From Octopus vulgaris (taxonomy: Eukaryota), in contig OX597823.1 in assembly GCA_951406725.2 (NCBI GenBank), positions 20,894,001 to 20,958,000 of the forward strand: a stretch of DNA of 64,000 nt, given 5' to 3'. The notes under the pieces were generated by a model, which saw only the letters and a list, made by a program, of their open reading frames with translations, did no database searches and was not told the origin of the DNA. Position numbers and translations under genes: made by a program. This document shows positions 54,503-64,000 of this stretch, piece by piece. The stretch's first letter is position 1, and each line of letters starts with the position of its first letter.

Positions 54503-55929
54503 TATTTTAGTTTTTTTTTTATATTCTATTTTTCTTATTACTGCATCAAATTGCTGCCATTGATCTCGCTATTAGGTTTATTACTACAATTATTAGTATT
54601 AGGCTACAAGTGGATGTCGTCACACTTATCGATGTAATCAACAATATTATTTAACATATTATAGTCATTATTGCTAATATCTGCTTCATCGTTCTGCCAT
54701 AATAGAGAGGATTGTCACTGCCACTTTCATTATATAAATCTACTCCCACTGCTCTACGTGAGTGGCTATTATTAAAAATATTAATTGTTCGCTTTGTCGA
54801 CAAACCACAATTAATGATTCAAATATGAATCCCCAAGGCAGGATACTGTACGCACAAAAGCCTCTCCTCTTTAGTTACTAAATATGTTACACAATAAATA
54901 CCGAAACTATTAAACAGTAACTGACATTCAATTGAGATGATTAATTCTAGAAAACCTTTCGAAGAGCTTGGCGCGCAAATAGATCCAACTAAGTCAAAAG
55001 TTAGTAGGAATTATATTGACAAACTAGGATTTCCTCACTATTGTTATCAAGCCCTGTGCTTAACCGTGTAGGGACCTTGGATTCATTCGGTCGGTAATCT
55101 GGTTTCCATGGTGAATAAGCGACCAAGATCACAACATTCCCCCACCCCCGCACCCCTGAACGGGATGCTTGTCTGTCGTAGGGGTACTTACTAATTTACA
55201 GCTGGGTAGACTGGAACATCATAAAATGGAGTGTTCGGTTCAAGGACGGAACGCACCGCCCGGTCCGGGAATCGAAATCACGTTCCTACGATTGTGACTG
55301 GAACATCCTAACCACTTGGCCACGAGACTTTGGGTTTGCAAACCGTTCCCCAAATCTGCCTTCTTTTGCAATAATTATCATTTCTACAATAGGCACAAGG
55401 TCTGAAATTTGGAGAAAGAGGGCGAGCCGATTACATCGGCCCCAGCACATAACTGGTACTTATTTCATCAACCCCGAATGGATAGAAGGCTAAGCTGACC
55501 GCGGCGGTATTTGAACTCAATTTTGCGCTAATTTATAATAAAGAACATAGGCACGTGGGCATAAATATTAGTGGAATGTGATTTATTGGGTACATCGACC
55601 TTCAAATAAGATCGGTACTTTACTTCTTAGGCAACGGACCTCACTCACTCAACCCAAAGGAAAAAAAATACGACAAATTTGATCTCAGGCATATTTGAAC
55701 TCAGCAATTAAAGGGATGTAACTAGATACTACAAGACACTTTATCCGGCTTTCAACAACAGCTTCATTTAGAAATGTCATCTGTGTGAAATTTTAATATA
55801 TTTTGCATGAAATTCAATAAAGAATTAGAAACAACAACAGCATCAACAAGAAGATTAATAACTAAAAAAAACTGCAACACACGTAACGACTTTATAAAAT
55901 CAATGGTGTTCCTGCTGATGGTGATATTA

Positions 55930-56392
55930 ATGATGGGTGGTGGTGGTGGTGGTGGCGGCAGTGGTGGTAGTGGTGGTGGCGGCGGCGGTGGTGATGGTAG
56001 TGAACATGATGGCGTCGCTGGTGATTGTGTTGGTGGATGTGTGTGTGGGGGGGTTCTTGATGATCACGATGATGATGTTGGTGATGATGCTGACAACGAC
56101 AATGACGATGGTGATGATGATGATGATGACGACGACGACGACGATGGCGATGATGTTGATGATGATGCTGACGATGACAATGGTGATGAGGAGGGGGAGG
56201 ATGTTCTTGTTTATGATAATTATGACGACGATGCGGATCAATAATTTGAAGTTGATGGTATTACCACTGCGGCGACGATGACGACGTTAAGTGAGGTGAC
56301 GACGACGACGACGACAATAATTTTGATGATAATTATGATGATCAAGACGACAACGACGATGATGTTGATGATGATGATGATGATGATGATGA
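55930..56392 (+). repeat. Degenerate (GGT)/(GAT)/(GAC) trinucleotide tract
   Basis: Read directly; explains the Gly/Asp-rich ORF. Confidence 0.9.
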
Positions 56393-56923
56393 CACTTGAA
56401 CATAAATCCAACACTTTACTTTGATTTTTTTTTTAAATAAATTTTTAAAAATTCCGACATTTTATTATTATTTTTTTATCAAAAACTGAACAGCAGGAAA
56501 TCTTCTGCTCTTATATTTCAAATTTTTGTTCTCTTTATGGTTTTGTCTTTCTCGTCTCTGTTTCTTTCATAAACACGAACGGCCCACTTGATTCCACATT
56601 GCTACTATTGTCTTCTTACTTCTGTTGTTCCTGCTGCTGCTGCTGTTGTTGTCGTTGTTACTCTCGTTGCTGTGATTGTAACTAATGTGCTTTTTTTTGT
56701 GTTTCATGTGGTTGTTGAACTTGCATGTTTCGCTACAGACGAATGTGTGTTCTTGTTAATGTTGCTTTTGTTTTGTTTGTTATAGCACATGTTTTAGTTG
56801 TTGGTTTTGAAGGAAGACTATTGACATTGAGAATGTGAACATTGTACTTAGACTGCAGGGAAACGTGTACAGAGAAAGATTCCCACTGACCTGATGTTCA
56901 AAGGAAAAAAGACTAGGCGTAGT

Positions 56924-57320
56924 GGATCTTTTCAGTTTGAACGGCAGTTTTTAACATAATTTCTAGGTAACTAAAAAAAATTAAAACTTTTATACTTTCT
57001 CTTGGCTTTATTGAGAAAATTCTATAGTTTGTAAGATATTTGTTGTTTTTTTCTTCAATTTCTGCAATTTCAACCAATCAATTACGTCTATTGAGGTAAA
57101 AAGCATTCTGTGCCATATGAATATGTCCCTCGTTTAAGAAACGGATTGGATTTATTTACATTTGTGAAGAAAAAAAAATTACCCTTCCCCCCACCCCTAA
57201 CCCTAACCCTAACCCTAAAACAGATAGAAATGCAATAGATCGATACTAGGGTCATAATTATGGGTGACAATTTCACATGACCCCGCTAGAAAAAAACTGT
57301 CGTTCAAACTGAAAAGATCC
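56924..57320 (-). mobile_element. Merlin-like MITE, second copy in opposite orientation
   Basis: Same TIRs; TSD ggcgtagt/tgcgtagt; (CCCTAA)n. Confidence 0.85.
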
Positions 57321-58314
57321 TGCGTAGTAGATAGAGCAGAGGATGGATGGTGTTAATGTTCCTCTTAAAATCATTGCACATAAAGACAAGATATACGTGT
57401 ATGCTGTAAAGCGAAGAGCGGGGAAGGAGTTCCAGAAAGTCGACATTTTGAAAAGGCATGATTCGGCGTGGTGACTAATGGTTAATGAAGGGCCCTGTGT
57501 ACTGAACACAAGGAGCTTGATGAGAACCGGAAAGACGATTTGATCCAGAGTACCTGAGTAGAGGAGGTGTAAGTCCAGCTAGCCCAAAGGATCAAAAGGC
57601 TATTATAGTACAGAAATCGTATCAATAGTTCTTAAGGTGTATGTGTGTGTGTGTGTGTGTGTGTAGGTGTAGAGGGGATGAGACGATGATAGATGCAAGT
57701 GATTTGGAAGCCCTAGGTAGAGTTGACAGGATACCAACTATCTTTGAGGTTCAGAGGCCATTGTAGCATTGAGAGAAAGACGAAATAGGAAACTATATGG
57801 CTGTGGGCTAGAAACTGAAGTGCCAGTGATTTCATTTGAAACAGTGGAGTGATCTTTTGTCTAGGATGCCTAAACTTTTAGCATTTTCTGCCGGTTAAGG
57901 GGTTTTCTGGCTTTAAAGGGAAGTCATTCATATGCAGTTCTGTCTATGTGTGTTTTGCAGGAATTGTCTAGGATGCATATTGGTGACGCAAGGAATCTCC
58001 TGCGGAAACCATAAGAACGAAACCTAACCCTGGTACACACAAGGAGCTTGATAAAAACCGGATAGACGATTGAATCCAGAGTTCCTGAGTAGAGGATGTT
58101 ATAAGTCCAACTAGCCTTAAGGTGTGTGTATGTGAGAGGAGAGAGAGAGAGAGATAAAGAAAAAATTACAGAGGGAGGGCAAGGGATAGAGATTCGGATA
58201 GTCGGTGGGTGTCATTAGTAATAGCTGACTCTTGTACTGTAAGAAGGATATTTGAAGTAAGTATGATAGGGCGGTATTTGACAAGATCAGAGTAGTTATG
58301 TTACTTCTGAATGT

Positions 58315-59010
58315 AACACACTGTACCATACTTCATAAAACACAACACACCATGCCAGTATACACCTCCACACATGCAACAGAACATAATGCTATGCGTT
58401 ACACTTCTACATACAGTGAACCACATTGCAACATAAGCATACGCAGATATCACTCATAACCATACCATATACCGTTACATACATTACAGGACACAATACC
58501 ATAGCGAACACTGTTATTATGAATATATAACACAACCCCTCAGCATATACCACACATATACCACACCACAGAATATCTCCGTACCAATGCATCATGCCAA
58601 ACAAAACTATATAATATGCCATACGCTTCTGTTATATCATACCCCATAACACTGCCATACAGCTCTATTACGTAATGGCACGTAACACTACCCTATTACA
58701 TACACTTGAACGATATTACATCATAGAATACCATTATATATACCTGTACTATATCACACCAACGACACAGTGGCATACAGCACTTTTACTCCACGACACA
58801 GAAACACTGCAATATAACATACATTTATATCACATACCATACAACACCATACTATACACCTCAATTTAAGCATACCACACAGCAATATAACACTTGTATT
58901 CATTCCTTCACACAGCATTATATCATACGCCTGCTTTACGTTACACTACATCAGATAACCTACCATATAACACCTATTCATCACACCACACAACATTATT
59001 GTAATACTGT
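58315..59010 (+). repeat. Degenerate 5-mer (AYACC/ATACA-like) low-complexity array
   Basis: Recurrent cataccatat/acaccacac periodicity. Confidence 0.6.
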
Positions 59011-59362
59011 GGATCCTCGTCCACTTGTATGTTACTGTCTCCACTATTATGTTGTTGTGGTATTCTGCGTCTTATTATCTTTGAGTCTTATTATCGTACT
59101 GTCGCTGATAGTTCCGCAAGACAATGACTGTGAAGTGACTACCTTGACGGTAACTCGAACTCGTATGGAAGGCGGCGAGCTGGCAGAAATGTTAGCACGC
59201 CGGGCGATATGCGTAGCCGTATTTCGTCTGCCGTTACGTTATCAACAATCAAACAGCAATAAACGAGCAAGTCTTTAACGCTCTTACAAAAAGCACTCCG
59301 TCATCAACGACTCAACTCCAAATATAACTCTGTCAACTACTCTCCGACTCCACAACTACTGT

Positions 59363-60382
59363 ATTTCTTTATTTGGCACCACGACCATAATATAGAGGGG
59401 GACACTACAAAGACAGACACAACACCACAGTGGGGACATAAAACATAAAACGAATGAGAATAAATGCTATATAAAAATGGAAAAAATTAAATCGCTGCAT
59501 GGGCTCCACTCCCATGCAGTACAAGTTTATGCACACTATATTAAAATCGTTCTATTTTGTCTATTGTTTTTTCTTAATCATCTTTTTTTCCTCACATTCA
59601 AAACACACAGGCGGCCCGTCCTCCACCTTCACTCCCACCTCCTCAGCAATCCAACCCAAATTCTCCATTGTTGCCCGGATAGTAAGCTCGATCCCACATC
59701 CTCAGTAATTGATTCTACCAGTCCTCGCCAGCCCTCAGCATCCTGGCCCCTTCCTTCATGTTGAAGATCACGACTGTCATCAGCTATTATGCTTCTTCCA
59801 GTTCTGGGGGCTCCCCGCCCACTCGCACTCTAGCCACACGCTTACCATAGTACGACGGCAAAAGCACCCACTCCTCCGATCCCACTGCCTCCGTTGTGTA
59901 CCCGATTGCTCCTTCCTCCGTCGCAAAGCGCACCTCCACGGTGGCATACCTCTCTCCTCCCGCTATAAAAGTTGCCGACTTTTTAATGCCTTTCAACACC
60001 TCCTCGACCCCTCCGCCGTCACAGTCTCTATATTTCTCATTGCCACCTACATTGTTTTATATGTAACTGTTCATCTCATTACACTGCTTGTCAGCTCTGC
60101 AGGTGGTGCCAACCTCAACGTTTCTTCATCCCTCTCCAGCAATCTCCCACATCCCCTCATCTTCCCTGGTTCGACCCCAACCTCAACCATCTTCAACGCC
60201 TCCTCCTCCGATCCCCTTCCAGCAGCGGAAAAAATAAAACAACAATTAACAATATCAACAATCGAACAGCAATATAACGAACAAACATATAACACTCTTA
60301 CGACAAATACATTCCGTCATCAACAACGCAACTTCAAAAATCTGCACACGACACGAACTTCGACTCCACTACTACTGACTTG
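59363..60382 (-). mobile_element. Short Tx1/L1-like element with ORF1-like sequence only
   Basis: FIAGGERYATVEVRFATEEGA..LLPSYYGKRVARVRVG, then VEDGPPVCFECE (knuckle start), joined to a 3' tail ending aataaagaaata. Confidence 0.55.
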
Positions 60383-60989
60383 ATACAACGACTGAGTCTG
60401 AATTTATAGTGGCTGCGTCATACAACTTTGTCAAGTGGGAAGGAGAGGTCTATTTTCCCTAAAACAATTATAACGTACATCGCTATTATATTACGGAACA
60501 TCGTACTCTACCGTACTTAGTTTTTACACCACACAGCACGGCACCACACCATACAATGCATCACAATCCTCAACCTATCATTTATTTCCAATAGTCATCA
60601 CACGTAAAATGCCGGATAGCGGAAATACGATTAAGCAATAATTGTATTTTTATTGACGAGTTCCGCCATAACTGGCAAGTCTTGTGTAATTTTATTTCTT
60701 GTCTGAATGACTCCAATTAAATACTTGTATAATTAATCAATAATTGATTTTGAGAAGTGTGTTGGATCGGAAGAAACAGTGGAGTGTCTGACTAAATGGT
60801 TAACAGTATTTTAAATTAGTTTAGCTTCTCCGATGTTCATCTAAACTCACCTGCGTCGACATTGTCATCTTTCTGCGAAAGTAGAATAGTGAAGGTAGGT
60901 ACGATAACGTAATCATGAACCATGTACTAAATTAAATATTTGTGTTGGCTTTATTTACTATAACAGTAGGTAAAAAAGTAGCTGAGCGT

Positions 60990-61014
60990 ATTATCATTAT
61001 TATTATTATTATTA

Positions 61015-61098
<84 letters not shown>

Positions 61099-61099
61099 T
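60990..61099 (+). repeat. (ATT)n microsatellite
   Basis: Read directly. Confidence 0.97.
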
Positions 61100-62618
61100 A
61101 TGGCAGTTCATTCAGCGAAGTTTATTGCTCGATATATATATATATATATATGTGTGTGTAAATATGTGTGTGTGTATACATACATACATACATATATACA
61201 TACGTACATACATAGTTCGTACACATACACACATATATGTATGTATATACACATGCATATATATGTCGTTATTTCTATATATATATATATATGTTTATGT
61301 TGATATATCCACTCGAAACCTGTTCATCTTCAGGGAAAGTAAATAGCTTTAATTTACTTTAGAAAATAGAAAAACAATATTGTGAACGATAACGCATTAA
61401 TAACACTACAAAAGCCCGGAAGAAAATTTGGTGGAGAGAAACAACCGATCTGAATTCAGGAGTGTGTGATTTAGGTGATGAGAAGGGAGGCAGACGGAGT
61501 AGAATGAAGAGGAGAGGGAAACTTATTGGTTCATTTGCAGTAAATTATTTTCTGTGTCACTTGATTTTCACTTGTTTGTATACAGATATAGATACTCAAA
61601 TTTGGTATGAACGTGCGTGGCATTCTAGTTTCAAACACAAGTACACATTTTTATGGCTTGGCAGAGGATTTGGTTGACAGAAACTGAAAGAAGCCTGTCG
61701 TGAATATACGCGTGTATGCGTATGTGTAAGTGATTAAATGAAATATTTATTTTGAAATATTTTGTAGCAATGCTGGTGAGTATTGCAAGATAATATCAAG
61801 AAAAAATGCAGAAAAAAATTTATAAAAAACATTGTAATATCTTACATAGATTTTGTAATGATCATATATTTCGGGAAAGATTGCCCTTTTGAAAAAGAAG
61901 AAAGTTAATACGAAAATTCAAATGTGTTGTGTGAGAATGCGATTAATGAAAAGCATTGACATTTAAGATAGGTGGTATTAATAGCTGCTTGGATAGAAAC
62001 ATCAGTAGTATAAATGACATGGCCTATTAAGTCAGAGATGTTGTGTGAAAGTGATAGCAAAGGTCACAAAAGAAGAACTGAACTTTAATAGAACGTTAGT
62101 CAACAGGTAATGTTAATGTATAATAATGTCTTTGTTTAAAAAGAAATAATTTGCACTAAGCTGTTAGTTTTGGCCATAATATGTTGCAGTGTGGTGAATG
62201 TATGTGAGAAATAAGTTAGAAAGATGAGAAAAATGTCGGTGGAGTAAGGGTGTGAGTTGCTTTATTTTATTTGGTTTTAGTTCTCTTGTTTCTGTTGTTT
62301 GATGAGAATAACCTCTTGTAAGGTTACTGTGGTTGATGCTTTTAATGTCGTAACAGATTCTGTTGTTAAAACTATTATTTGTGGAGTTGTGTTTGCTATT
62401 TCTATTTAGTTATTTTGTTATTGCTTAGTCCCAGATCAATCCACACTAAGTGCATACATGACTAAAAGAATTCGAACTGCGCTCTTTAAAAGCGAGTGGT
62501 GCGATATATTATCCAGTGTGTTACTTTAAGACGATAGATTTTGATTTGAGAGAGATTTGGCTGTTATTTTCAGCAAGACGAATGACCGTACAGAGGCTCT
62601 GTTATTATTTCTTTTGCG

Positions 62619-62922
62619 TCATCCTTTCGGGGTCGGTAAATTAATTACCAGTTGAACACTGGGGTCGATGTAACTCCTTGTATGTCCCCACTATGTTTAG
62701 CCCCTTGAGGGCAATAAAGAAATAAAAAACGTTAGCACGCCGGGCGAAGTACTTAGCTGTATTTTGTCTGTCTTTTCGTTTTGAGTTCAAAGTTCAACAG
62801 AGGTCGACTTTGCCTTTCATCCTTTCAGGGTCGATAAATTAAGTACCAGCTGCGTACTGGAGTCGATCTAATCGACTGGCCTCTTCCCTCAACATTTCGG
62901 GCCTTATACCTAGAGTAAAAAC
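62619..62922 (+). mobile_element. Two joined SINE family A units
   Basis: Two catcctttc(g/a)gggtc cores. Confidence 0.8.
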
Positions 62923-63538
62923 ATATTGCTTTTGCGTCTGTTAGTGATCTTAAAGGTTTTGGATGTAGATGGTTTTTTGCTCCATTTTATTCCTTTCCAA
63001 CATTTAGAATGTTTGATCTTGGGCTAAGCGATAACCCCAACAACAACAACAGTACTAAAAGCACTATAGGTAGGGCTACAAAATGTAATACCGTACACAT
63101 CTGAAGAACAAAGAGCTAGCGTTAATAGCGTAGTGAAAAGCTCGCACGTAACCAATAAATAGATGTCATAATAATAGCCTTTCATCTAAATCTGTTCTAT
63201 CATTGAAGAACCTCCTTCTTGGCAGACTAGCTAGATTTTCAATGCATTAACATTATGACGTTACAAGTCTAGTATGATATTGTCACATTGCCATGTGTGT
63301 CCGTCGAACAATACAGTTGTTTACTTGTGTAGTTTTGTTGGCAAATTTGATTGGTTAAATGCTCTTGATTTAAATATCTGCATTAGCAATGGACAAGGCA
63401 AAAAGTAAATAGTTAATAATGAAAAGCAAAAACGATTTACGTGGAGAGAGAATGTGTGAATGAGAGATACGTTATTGTGCACGCGCATATTGTGAGAGAG
63501 GGAGAGAGAAATGTGCAGATAGAAGAAATACAAACATT

Positions 63539-63572
<34 letters not shown>

Positions 63573-63754
63573 GAAGAAGAGAAAGTGATAGGTAGAGAGT
63601 CGTAAAGACCATGCAAGAGAGATGCAGTGAGAGAAACTCAACGCGGAAGAAATTGAGAAATTTAGTGAGAGCGCTACATTCGTAAAGAGATGCAAAGAGC
63701 GCGAGATAGAGAAAGAGATAGAATCAGAAATGCGAGAGAAGGAGCATGAGAGAT

Positions 63755-63816
<62 letters not shown>

Positions 63817-64000
63817 TGAGAATATTTCTATGAGATACGAAAATGAAATTTTGAAATCAATTCTGTTGTTCTGAAATTTGTATTTTCTGGCTAGATTAAA
63901 CATTTCAGAATAGTGTTGAGAAGAATGAAACAAAATATTGGTTGTTTAGAGATTAAAATTAAGGCTGAACAAATGCAGAAACTATTGTGTTTAAGAAAAT

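Noticed and set aside
55807-56244. Gly/Asp-rich secreted or biomineral protein
   Set aside because: All frames are open because of a trinucleotide tract; no exon evidence.
59709-60383. 224-aa plus-strand ORF
   Set aside because: Antisense shadow of the minus-strand ORF1-like element.

Overview
AT-rich, repeat-saturated animal DNA with no host protein-coding gene, intact RNA gene or CRISPR array that I can support. The SINE families and microsatellite load look like an octopus/coleoid cephalopod; this is recognition, not a search result. Most listed ORFs are microsatellite or antisense artefacts. Supported content: a CR1-like LINE inserted in a Tc1 relic, a full-length frameshifted mariner, a Chapaev3-like relic, R4/Dong-type LINE pieces in (TAA)n arrays, Tx1/L1-like pieces, Penelope-like (PLE) fragments, four non-autonomous Helitrons, hAT, Merlin-like and Tc1/mariner MITEs, and many tRNA-derived SINEs. 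The most interesting signal is a set of short elements, mostly fold-backs, carrying minimal type I hammerhead ribozyme (HHR) motifs. They include a TSD-flanked tRNA-headed HHR element (45217-45753), an HHR with a compensatory G3-C8 core swap (23374-23422), a 352-nt retrozyme-like monomer (39342-39905) and a nested ~0.9 kb fold-back with two intact cores. An 18S rRNA fragment fused to a PLE endonuclease end is also present twice in inverted orientation. All calls were made by eye and some boundaries are approximate.
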